Position numbers and translations under genes: made by a program
Shown: positions 48,301-59,116 of the stretch, piece after piece
Position numbering within the stretch: the stretch's first letter is position 1
Layout: each line of letters starts with the position of its first letter
Notes under the pieces: model-generated
The model's database searches: none
Told to the model about the DNA's origin: nothing
Seen by the model: only the letters and a program-made list of their open reading frames with translations
Origin: Felis catus
Lineage: Eukaryota
Length of the DNA stretch: 64,000 nt
Direction: 5' to 3'
Assembly (NCBI RefSeq): GCF_018350175.1
Contig: NC_058384.1
Span: 63,736,001-63,800,000 of the forward strand

Positions 48301-49220
48301 AGGGACTGGGATCTTCGCTGCGCTGCTTCCTCCGGACACTTTCGCTTTCGGTTCTTCTTCTTTTTTTTTTTTTTTTTTTTTTTCTTCGCCCTTTGTTTTT
48401 GTTTGTTTGGTTGGGTTTTTTTTCTTCTCTTTTCGGTCAATACTTTCCTTCGATGCGGGCTTTTCAATCATCCGCTGAAGATTTCCCTTGGATAGGAGAG
48501 GTTTGGGGGACCTTTGACCAAAAAGCCTACCCTCTCGTGCGGGGATCGTTTTGTCGTTTTGTACGTGTAGCTGTATCTTTCTGGAGACGTTTGTCTTCTC
48601 CGCTCTTTGTGTTTCCTGCCCTCCGGCCGGGTGTCAGGGTCCTAAGGCGGGCACCTTGCAAATGAGTTCCTTTTCCATTGTCTCTCCTTCCCGAACCTTG
48701 AGCCTGGAGTGGTTTTTTTTTTTCTTCCCCCTTCTTGCTGGGATTCAGTTGATTTGGAGTTGTCATGGCAACATTTTAGCAACCCTGTTGTTCCACCGGG
48801 AAGGCTTGGTGAGGAAAATAGAAGGGGCTTGTAGAGGACACGCTTGGACTCTAGGGTCTTTAACAGATGACACAAATCTGGACACCCCAAAACAAGAGCC
48901 CAAGGGGCTCCGCAGAATGAGGCCCAGGGGCCACGGATGTTCTTTATGGTTCAGGGAGGTTTGCCAATAGCAGTGGGTTTCGGGTGTCCCCTTCCTAGAT
49001 TTGAAAACAGAAATTTCTTGGTACGGTATGTGGCTGAGAAGCGGGAAGAAGCACCAGTGCCCACATGACTTGGAGTGATCGTGAGGGCCGAGGAGCACTA
49101 TTTGTAGAGTTACTTTTTCAAGTACTGTAGCCCACTTCTCAGCATCAGAACGGAGGAAACTGTCCCCTGTAGATGACTGCACTTTGTTCCTGGCTGAGTC
49201 TTCATGGAGCCCGGCTTCTT

Positions 49221-49428
49221 TCAACGTTTTTTATTTATTTTTGGGACAGAGAGAGACAGAGCATGAACGGGGGAGGGGCAGAGAGAGAGGGAGACACAGC
49301 ATCGGAAACAGGCTCCAGGCTCCCGAGCCATCAGCCCAGAGCCTGACGCGGGGCTCGAACTCACGGACCGCGAGATCGTGACCTGGCTGAAGTCGGACGC
49401 TTAACCGACTGCGCCACCCAGGCACCCC
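49221..49428 (-). mobile_element. Young SINEC_Fc with perfect 15 bp TSD in USF1 intron 1
   Basis: GGAGCCCGGCTTCTT at 49206-49220 and 49432-49446. Confidence 0.95.
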
Positions 49429-49585
49429 TAAGGAGCCCGGCTTCTTGAAACAGGCTGTTCAGTTTCTTGGCCTCACCGCAAACTCCCTGATTTCTACCAG
49501 GACTTAACATTCTGGCCTGTGAGGCGGGAGATACAAAGGCTTCCAAAGAAGGACCAGTTCCTTGGATGTGCCCCCTTACAGAGAG

Positions 49586-52500
49586 ATGAAGGGGTGAGTG
49601 AAGAAGAGGTAGGGTCTGGGGCGGGAGGTGGGAGGCCGGGGAGGACGCAGAACGGCTGAGAGCACTGGCTCTGGAGTCAGGCAGACCTAGATTCCGGTTT
49701 CAGCTCCGTCACCTACTAGTGTTGTGATCTGGCTCCCCATCTACAAAACGCAAGTGACGCTGCGTAGCTCATCGTGCTGTTCTTCGTGTGAGCTAAAATA
49801 ACGCGTGTTCAGTGCTGAGTTCAGTGCTATGCACACACAATAAACACTCAGTAAATACCAGTTAGATTGTTATTCTAACCTAACCCGGCATCTGTTGGGA
49901 AGGCCATGGGAGTTTGGGAGCCACATGGAACTGGGTCAGTGAGCTTTTTATTCACTTCCTGCCTTATTCCCCCCACCCCCCCACCCCCACCCCCACCACA
50001 AACAGGCAGCAGAAAACAGCTGAAGCGGAAGAGGGGACAGTGCAGATTCAGGAAGGTGAGTGGTAGAAACAGACCTGAGACCCAGAGCCCATCGTGGCCC
50101 CTCCCCGCCCCCCCCGCCGTGGGCGCACCTCCCGTGCACCCTTGTCCTTCGTGGAACAGAGGGAGAAAGTCCATACCTCGCAGAGTTTTCCTTCGCTCTT
50201 TTAATTCAGGAGCGGTGGCAACTGGGGAGGACCCCACCAGCGTGGCCATTGCCAGCATCCAGTCAGCTGCCACCTTCCCTGACCCCAACGTCAAGTACGT
50301 CTTCCGAACTGAGAATGGGGGCCAGGTAAGGGAGGGGGCCAGGCGCCTGCAGGTGTTACGTGGGGTTGGGGTTGAGGGAGGTAATCGAACCCTCAGGGGG
50401 AGACCTGGCTTGGAGGTGGGGGTGGGGCGAAGGCGTGGACCCCTGTGGGGTGGGGAGGGGCTTGGAGGATGAGGTTTGGAGTAGGGATTGGGGGTGGGGG
50501 GGGGCCCGTGCTGAAACTTCTGGGGAAAGAGGGGAGAGTGGCTGAATCTCTGTCTCTGACGCACTCTTGTTTTGGGGCATTATCTGAGAGAAGCTTTATG
50601 AGGGTCCTGGGGTCCCCAGCATTTACTCTCCTGCTCTCTCTCCCTCCCCACCGCTTCCCTTTCCTCCTGCTTCTAGGTGATGTACAGGGTGATCCAGGTG
50701 TCTGAGGGGCAGCTGGATGGCCAGACTGAGGGGACTGGCGCCATCAGTGGCTATCCTGCCACTCAGTCCATGACCCAGGTACCAGGGTATGGGCTGGGGA
50801 GGGGGCCCCAGAGCTCTGCGGAGGAAAATGAAGCTGAGCCCATGGGCTGGGGCTGGGGCTGGGGCTGGGGGCGGTGAGGCACCTGGGGCTGCTTTGTCCC
50901 AAGGTGCTAGGTTCTCCCTTTCTCGATATTTCTCCCTCCTTCCTCTTGGGGATAGGAGCTATGCAGTGAGTAGTTCGGTGGGAAGTACCTGACTGTCGTT
51001 GAACTTTGTTCTCATGTTCCCTTTCCCAGGCGGTGATCCAGGGTGCATTCACCAGTGACGATACGGTTGACGCCGAGGGGACAGCTGCCGAGACGCACTA
51101 CACTTACTTCCCCAGCACTGCCGTGGGCGATGGGGCCGCGGGTACCACCTCGGGGAGCGCGGCCGCGGTTGTCACGACGCAGGGCTCAGAGGCACTGCTG
51201 GGGCAGGCGACCCCTCCCGGCACCGGTGAGACATGTGAGGGTGCGGCTGGAGGGACAAGGCTGGGGGCAGGGGGCCTTTCCTCATGACCCCTTAACGATC
51301 GCTAAGACCCGGGCAGGCAGTGAGTCTGGGGCTGCCCTTCCAGCAGGAGGAAGTGTGTCCTTAGAGGATCCTAGGGCCTTGGCCTCAGAGCTCGATGAGG
51401 TTCCTGGTCCCACGTCCTGACAGAACCGACCCCGCATCTTCACAGGCCAATTCTTTGTGATGATGTCGCCACAAGAAGTGTTGCAGGGAGGAAGCCAGCG
51501 CTCCATTGCCCCAAGGACTCACCCTTATTCCCCGTGAGTGACCCCTGGTTCTTCTCGGCTGCCGTGGTGTTCTTGATCCCCGCCAACTCCTGTGTCGTCC
51601 CCTAACCCCACCTCCAATCTTCTCTCTCGTCCTTCCCTTACCCTGGCCGCCCTGGGCTCTGTCGTCAGGAAGTCAGAAGCTCCGCGGACCACTCGGGATG
51701 AGAAACGCAGGGCTCAGCATAATGAAGGTGGGTACTGCTTGGTGGCATTGGGGACAGCGTGGTGTCTGAGCGAGAGAGCTTGGGGAGTTGGACAGGGCTG
51801 GTGGGGGGGGGGTTCTCACAGAGTCACCTTGACCTCCGCTCTGCCCCACAGTCGAGCGCCGCCGCCGAGACAAGATCAACAATTGGATTGTGCAGCTGTC
51901 CAAGATCATCCCAGACTGCTCCATGGAGAGCACCAAGTCTGGCCAGGTCACGGGAGGGCCCCGGGAGTGGGCCGGATGCCTGGGTTCTGTCTCCTGGTAT
52001 CGTCTGCCGAAATGGTGGAGAGGGCACACGTGGCAGGAACCCGTGCTTCTCTCTCTCTGAGGTTGCCCGTGTCCTTGTGAAAGGTTACCCCACCGTCCTT
52101 AGGGGAAAACGAGGCCCAGGGGGTGTGTGTGCTTTAGGAAGGCCAGGCAGGGAGCACCTCAGTCCTCATTTTGTTGGCTTCTTCTTGCAGAGTAAAGGTG
52201 GGATTCTCTCCAAAGCCTGTGATTATATCCAGGAGCTTCGACAGAGCAACCACCGGTTGTCTGAGGAGCTGCAAGGGCTTGACCAGCTACAGCTGGACAA
52301 TGATGTGCTTCGACAGCAGGTCAGACCCCTGTCCTCCGTACAGCCCTCCTCGACTCCAGGGCCCCTGAGCCAGTTTGGGACTCCCTCCTTTGGTTTCCAT
52401 AGAGCGGGCCTCATCCTCTTCCCCTCACTAGTGGATGCCTGAAGAAGGTCAGAAAAGTGCCAACTTTTCGACTTACTCTCCTCATCGCCTCCTTTCCGCG

Positions 52501-52594
52501 TCAGGTGGAAGATCTCAAAAACAAGAACCTGCTGCTTCGAGCTCAGTTGCGGCACCACGGAGTAGAGGTCGTCATTAAGAATGACAGCAACTAA
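49586..52594 (+). CDS. USF1: Upstream stimulatory factor 1 (bHLH-LZ), 10 coding exons: join(49586..49593,50006..50055,50210..50325,50677..50778,51030..51225,51446..51533,51669..51727,51852..51946,52191..52319,52505..52594), 310 aa
   Basis: MKGQQKTAE start; USR region QGGSQRSIAPRTHPYSP; basic region RRAQHNEVERRRRDKIN; HLH SKGGILSKACDYIQEL; leucine zipper; C-terminus GVEVVIKNDSN. CDS 933 nt. Confidence 0.98.
49660..49875 (+). mobile_element. MIR SINE in USF1 intron 2
   Basis: ggctctggagtcaggcagacctagattc...cacctactag, a MIR 5' part. Confidence 0.7.
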
Positions 52595-53259
52595 CTCTGG
52601 GGACTCCGGGGCTTTGGGCCCTACAGCCCCTTTCTGAGAACTACAGATAGCCCAGGAGCAGCAGGCCAACCCCGTGCCCCTTTCCTTCACTGCCCACTTC
52701 TGCGTGGGACCAGGGGGAGTCAGAAGGCGTGGCTTTGAACTGAGGCCCTGTGATCGAGCAGCCTGCAGTGGTGTGAAACACACGCGTGGGCGGGCGCGGA
52801 CAGCCTTGCCCAGCCCCGCGCCATGCAGCCCCTGGGCCCTTGTGCCCCTCTTGCGCATGCATGTGCTGTCTCCATGCTGGATACTGGACACACAGAACCG
52901 GGGGTGGGGGGAGCTTGCCCCGTGCTCGCTTAGAGTGCCAGCAGAGGGTCCGCTAACGAGTGATGCTCTGGCCTGCCCCAGGACTCTGGCGCTCTCTTCC
53001 ACTGGTTCTTCCTCACCCTGGAGCTCAGATGTGCACCTGAGGACTCTGGGGAACAGGCTTTAGCAAGAAGTGGGGAAAAGGATGCTTAGCAGCGGCCGCT
53101 GCCCCCGGGGAGAGGAGATTGGCCGGCAAGCATCTAAGGCCTATGCAGAAGTCTCTGGAGCCGGGGAGAACAACAGACAGGGGCCCACTTGGGGCCTTCC
53201 CCTTGTGGGGACGGTTTTTCTTTTACTTTCTTTTCTTTTCTTTTTTTTTTTTTTTTAAA

Positions 53260-53265
53260 GATAAA
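53260..53265 (+). terminator. Probable non-canonical USF1 polyadenylation signal GATAAA
   Basis: No AATAAA seen between the stop and TSTD1. GATAAA follows a long U-tract and precedes a U-rich tract. Confidence 0.5.
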
Positions 53266-53573
53266 ATGTTCAGAGCCACATTTCTCTCCTGGTTTTCCTT
53301 TTTGTGGGCCCCAGGGCGGAAGGGAGGGGGGGGCACATTGCACTTTGCCCAGGAAGGGCTGGTCGGCCCAGGTTAGGGTGGGGTGCCACTCCCGTGTTCA
53401 TGACTCTGAGTCCCGGTGCCTGGGCCAAGCCTGACCGTCCGCGCCGGGCAGTCGCAAGAATCTCGGGCCCGCGCGGGTATCAGCTGTACCGCGCGCGAAC
53501 AGGTGCCGAGGGGCAGATCGGGAGGCGGTGCCTTCGCTTCCGGTTCCGGTCCCGGCTCCGGGAGGCGGGGGAG

Positions 53574-54734
53574 ATGCTGCGGGCACGGAGGGGGCGGCCC
53601 GGGGCCGCATTCCTGCAGCTCGCCGTCGCGGCGCGGGCCATGGCCGGAGGTACCTGCGGGGAGACGTGGGGCCTCGCCCCGACCCCCGGGAGCGCGCGGA
53701 GCCCCCGGGAGGAGGCGCGGCGGCGGGGGGCGCGGAGGTCCGCACGCTCCCGCTCCCGCTCCCGCTCCCGCTCCCGCTCCCGCTCCCGGGCTGGGGCGCC
53801 GCGCTCCGCTCCAGGCTCTCGTGCCTCCCTCCTCAGCGCCCACGGTCTCGCTCCCTGAACTGCGTTCGCTCCTGGCCTCGGGCCGGGCCCGGCTTATCGA
53901 TGTGAGATCTCGGGAGGAGGCGGCAGCGGGGACCATCCCGGGGGCGCTCAACATCCCGGGTATGGGGCCGAGGGGACGCCCGCGCGGGTGGCCTAGAGGC
54001 CGTGCAGGAGGGGCGTCTAGGGCGGCGTGGGGGAGGCACGGCTGCGGGGGTCCCGCCTTGCCTTAAGCCGCCCGCACCCACCCACCTCCCGACTTCCTGG
54101 AGAAGCGCTGGTGGGAGGCGGATCCTGGCAGCGCAACCGGCCCTTCCAGTTTGAGCGGATCGCAGGCGGCGAGGAAGGGGCGGACCCGCTGCTCCGCGCT
54201 TGACCTCCCCGAGGCCGGGCGCCCGCCCGTCGCTCCTCCTCGCGCAGGGGAGGTGGCCCCCGTGCAGCTGTGGGCGGCCGCCTTCCTGCGCGGGCGGGCC
54301 TGCCCTGTCCTTGAGGTTGGGGTGTGGCGTGGTCACCGGGTGTGGTTTGGGGGCGCTCCGGAGACGCGCTCGGGCCGCAGGGGCCAGTCCCCGGCTTCCC
54401 ATTCTGTCCCCTCGACTCCTCCCAGTGTCTGAGCTGGAAAGTGCCCTGCAAATGGAGCCCGCCGCTTTCCAGGCTTTGTACTCCGCCGAGAAGCCGAAGC
54501 GGGACGATGAGAATCTCATCTTCTTCTGCCAGATGGGCAAGCGGGGTTTGCGGGCCACGCAGCTGGCCCAGGGCCTTGGATACACAGGGTATGGGGGAGG
54601 CGTGCATCGCCGGCTGGGGGTGACTGGGCACTGCCTCCCGGGCCTGTCCTTCCCTCACCCCCTCCCCCTTTTGTCTCCACAGGGCTCGCAACTACGCAGG
54701 GGCCTATAGAGAATGGTTCCAGAAAGAAGGTTAG
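53574..54734 (+). CDS. TSTD1: Thiosulfate:glutathione sulfurtransferase (single rhodanese domain), join(53574 or 53640..53649,53837..53959,54426..54588,54683..54734); 137 aa or 115 aa
   Basis: MAGAPTVSLPELRSLLASGRARLIDVRSREE...IPGALNIP...FFCQMGKRG (catalytic Cys loop)...NYAGAYREW. GT-AG introns; lies in a CpG island. Confidence 0.96.
53745..53786. repeat. (CGCTCC)7 tandem repeat in TSTD1 intron 1
   Basis: Seven perfect units counted. Confidence 0.95.
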
Positions 54735-54806
54735 GTAGAAGGCGGCTTACTGACGGCCCCCTCTCCCTCCTCACCGCGGCCACCGTAACTGCGCGCAAAG
54801 GCATCA

Positions 54807-54812
54807 AATAAA
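54807..54812 (+). terminator. TSTD1 polyadenylation signal AATAAA
   Basis: Canonical hexamer 72 nt after the stop. Confidence 0.8.
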
Positions 54813-54999
54813 GACCGTTTACTCGAAGCATTGGAAGCACTTAGTTTGTCAGGTGCACGGCGAACACTCCCAATCTTAATCTAGACTTCACTTCAGCCCT
54901 GGGTCCTTCTCCAGCATCCTCTGTCCCCACCCCCCCCACCCCCCACCCCAACCTCCCAACCCCCTGCAGTTTCCTGAGAGGATGATTCTCCTGGAACAA

Positions 55000-55312
55000 C
55001 TGTTTTCAGCTCAGGATGCACATCAGAATCAGTTGGTACCTAAAAAAAAAAAAAAAAGTGTGGGTGCCCTTCCAGATTTGGAATCTTGGGGGTGAGACCT
55101 GGGGAGTGGTGGTTTTATGAGCCCCCGAAGTGATTTTTTTAAGTGTTGTTTAATATGGGGCTGGATCCCGCGACGCTGGGATCATGGCCCAAACTGAAAT
55201 CAAGAGTTGGATGCTCAAACGACTGAGCCACCCAGGCGCCCCTCTCACCCCCCCCCCACAACCCCCCACCCCAAATGATTCTAATGTGCAGTCAGGGGCC
55301 AGAACCACTGCT
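55000..55312. mobile_element. MER5-type DNA transposon interrupted by a partial CAN-SINE (about 55135-55242, -)
   Basis: tgcacatcagaatca...gtgatt [SINE] tgattctaatgtgcag...agaaccactg. Confidence 0.7.
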
Positions 55313-55885
55313 CCAGAGGGCAGCCGACTGGGGCTTGGCTTGGCCTTGCTGCCATGACTGTTTTTTCCACGTTGTCTGTGACTGCTTTTGTGTAAAATGG
55401 TGGCATTGTTGTCACAGGGACTCTATGTTCTTCCAGTCCCAACATTTTTACTATCTAGTCCTTGATGGCCATAGTTTGCCCGCCCCTGCCCCTGTCCTTC
55501 GGGTCCCCAGCCCCCACCTGCCCTCCCTCAGGCTTCGTCACTGGGTTGAGGAAAGGAAAGGGCAGCTCCAGGCATCGAGGGACCGAACAGATGTCACCCT
55601 TCATGCCTACAGGTGTGTCAAACACAGGTTACAAGTGTGAGGTTACACCAAAGACAGGCCCCGGCTTCTAGCAACACCGTCCTTTGATCCCACGCTGGAC
55701 TGAACAAAATTTAATTGGTTAAGGAAAATGAGAAACACACACTTGCTGACAAAACTCAACACAGTGTGTATGTGCCTTCTCTCTGGTGCGGGGCATAGTT
55801 TGATGCATATCCTTCCAGACTTTTCAAATATTTACATGCCAGGGTTCTGACTTCCTAAGTTTGCTGTCTTAAAATTTTATTCCTT

Positions 55886-56195
55886 GAGGCTCCGGCTGGC
55901 TTAGTCGGTAGAGCCTACAACTCTTGATCTTGGGGTTGCGAGTTTGAGCCCCACGTTGGGCGGGATGATTCCTGAAAAAAATAAATGAAAACTTAAGAGG
56001 AGTGCCTGGATGGCTTGGTTGATTAAGCATCCATTTCTGGATTTCGGCTCAGGTTATGATCTCCTGGTTGGTGAGTTTGAGCCCCAACCAGGGCTCCGTG
56101 CTGACAGCTCAGAGCCTGCTTGGGATTCTCTCTCTGCCCCTCCCCTGTGCTCACTCGCTTGTGCTCTTTCTCTCTCTCTCTCAGAATAAATAAAC
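55886..56195 (+). mobile_element. Two consecutive CAN-SINEs
   Basis: Short tRNA-like copy, then a full copy with (CT)n and aataaataaa tail. Confidence 0.85.
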
Positions 56196-56202
56196 ATATT
56201 TA

Positions 56203-56380
56203 GTTACAGAGAGGAAGGGAGGCAAACCCTAAGAGACTCTTAAATACTGAAAAACCGAGGGTGGATGGTGGTGGGGGAGAGGGGAAAGTGGGGGATGGGC
56301 ACTGAGGAAGGGCACCTGTTGGGATGAGCACTGGGTGTTGCACAGATGCCAATTTGACAATAAATTATATTTAAATAAAC
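56203..56380 (+). mobile_element. Carnivore/felid L1 3' UTR fragment
   Basis: gggaggcaaacc.taagagactcttaaatac...gggcacctgttgggatgagcactgggtgttg...ccaatttgacaataaa. Confidence 0.85.
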
Positions 56381-56687
56381 AATTTTTTTTAAATGAAAAA
56401 AGATACAATCTTAAAAAAAAATAAATAATACACTTCTGTTCCTTTATTGGTGGAAGAGGAAGTTGGACCCAATTTTCTGACTTTTCAAGTTTCTGGAGAA
56501 ATGCCTTCAAATCCCTGCATTCCTTGCCTTCCTCTCCCTCCCTTTCTCTCCTCTTCTACCTCCTGGGCTGTACCCAGCCCTTCTGTGTCTCATGTCACAG
56601 CCTACCGTGCACCTCCACAAAGTCTGTTCGTCTGGGTTCTCCAGCTTCTCTGTCATGGCTCTCCCATTCTCCCTGAGCTAACCACAA

Positions 56688-56785
56688 TTCCTTCCTTCCT
56701 TCCTTCCTTCCTTCCTTCCTTCCTTCCTTCCTTCCTTCCTTCTTCCCTTCCTCCCTTCCTCCCTTCCTCCTTTCCTCCCCTCCCT
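56688..56785. repeat. (TTCC)n microsatellite running into a gap
   Basis: Seen directly. Confidence 0.9.
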
Positions 56786-56953
56786 NNNNNNNNNNNNNNN
56801 NNNNNNNNNNNNNNNNNNNNNNNNNNNNNNNNNNNNNNNNNNNNNNNNNNNNNNNNNNNNNNNNNNNNNNNNNNNNNNNNNNNNNNNNNNNNNNNNNNNN
56901 NNNNNNNNNNNNNNNNNNNNNNNNNNNNNNNNNNNNNNNNNNNNNNNNNNNNN

Positions 56954-59075
56954 ATTTTTGAGAGACAGAGACAGACAGTGCACCAGCGGGGGAGGGGCAA
57001 AGAAGAGAGAGGGAGACACAGAATCCGAAGCAGGCTCCAGGCTCTGAGCTGTCAGCACAGAGCCCGACTTGAGGCCCGAACCCATGAACCATGAGATCAT
57101 GACCTGAGTGGGAGTCGGATGCTTAACCGACTGAGTCACCCAGGTGCCCCAACTACAGTTCATTTCTGTCTGCACTTAGCTGGACAGCGTTGGGTCTACA
57201 GATACAATCGAAACATGTGAGTCTGGGCTAAGTTCTGGCAAATCGTCCCTGCCGTTTCTTCCCTCAAACACCCACCTCCCTTTGCTTTTCAGACTGCTTA
57301 GAAGGTTTTCCTGGGGTCTAATTTCCCTCCTTGTTTGACTCTCAACTGTTCTAGTGTTCTTTTTTTGCCTCCTCAAATATTGTAATTTGATTATAGCATT
57401 TCTTTCTTTCTTTTCTTTTCTTTTTTTTTTTTTGAAGCATAATTTACCTCCAATAAAATGCACAGTTCTTAAATGTTCAGTTCATTGAGTTTTGGCAAGC
57501 GTATGCTCACTTGTAACAACCACCCTGATAAGATCTAGAACACTGACATCCCCGAGGTTTTTCTGGGGCCCCTTTGCGGTCAGTTCCATCCTTAATCTTT
57601 TTCTGGGCACCATTGTCTATCTTCTATCACCGTAAACTAGTGTTTTAGCTTCCTTCCCAGCCTGCCAACCTACATTATTTGCTTTCTTCAGTTTAGCTGA
57701 TGAGGGTCAGAGAGGGCCCCGGAAGTAAACTGGCCTGCTCTCCATGACCGACCATGCCCCCTGGCTTGGTCATCATGAAGAGATCTTTCCTCTTTCTCCC
57801 TCATTAACTGTTTGGTTCATAAACTCCATAAGGCTGTTCCAACCCATTCCTTTGCCCTTTAAAATTCTTCCCTTTCAGGGGCGCCTGCGTGGCTCAGTCG
57901 GTTGAGCATCCGACTCCCACTCAGGTCATGATCTCACGGTTCGTGGGTTTGAGCCTCGAGTCAGGCTCTGGGCTGACAGCTCAGAGCCTGGAGCCTGCTT
58001 CGGATTCTGCGTCTCCCTCTCTCTCTCTGCCCCTCCCCAGCTCGTTCTGTGTCTCTTTCTCTCAAAAATAAATTTAAAAAACATTAAAAGGGTTTTTGGT
58101 TTTTTTTTTTTTAATTCTTCCCTTTCCTCATAGCTAACTATTTCAACAGGTGAGGCCGGGAGCTCGAGCGGACCAGCTGTCTGTCCCCTTGCCTTCTGCC
58201 TTCCTTTCCAGACTCCACTGGGCTCCTCCCTCTCACCAAATTTTGCCCCACGTTGTGTGGACCAATACCTGTGTCATATCTGTCACCCTCCATTTTTGTT
58301 GTTAATTCTTCCCAGTCGGTGTGACCTCCTTAAAGACAGAAGTGCCCCAAATGAACGCGAGTTCTCAGTGGGTATTTGTTGAGCCTCACTACCCTGCCAA
58401 CGTTCAGAATCTTCTGACTTCAGCCTTTTGGAAACACCGCTGGCTGACCAATCTTAAAATAACATTTTTGGGCGCCCAGCTGGCTCAGTCAGTAGGGCAT
58501 GCGACTTCCTGATCTCAGGGTGAGGAGTTCAAGCCCCATGTTGGGTGTGCAGCTTACTTAAAACAACAAAACAACAACAATTGGTTCCTTGGGGTGTGTG
58601 GCTGTGGCTCAGCTCAAGACCATGTGGCTCTTGATCCCAGGATTGTGAGTTCAAGTCCCACTTTGGGTGTAGAGATTGCTTAAAAATAAAATCTTTTTTT
58701 TTTAATTTTTTTTTTTTTGTTGATGTTTATTTTTGAAGGAGACAGACGGAACGTGAGTGGGAGAGGGGCAGAGAGAGAGGAGACACAGAATCCGAAGCAG
58801 GCTCCAGGCTCTGAGCTGTCAGCACAGAGCCTGACAGGGGGCTCGAACTCACGATCTGTGAGATCATGACCTGAGTGAGCTCAGTCGCCCAACTGACTAT
58901 TTTTCATTTAAAAATAAAATCTTTTAGTGGCAACTGGGTGGCTCAATCAGCTGAGCGTCTGACTCCTGATTTCGGCTCAGGTCGTGATGCCAGGGTTGTG
59001 GGATCAAGCACCGTGTCGGGCTGAGCTTGAATTCTGCTTCGGATTCTCTCTCTTCCCCTCTACCCCACTGGTGCA

Positions 59076-59116
<41 letters not shown>

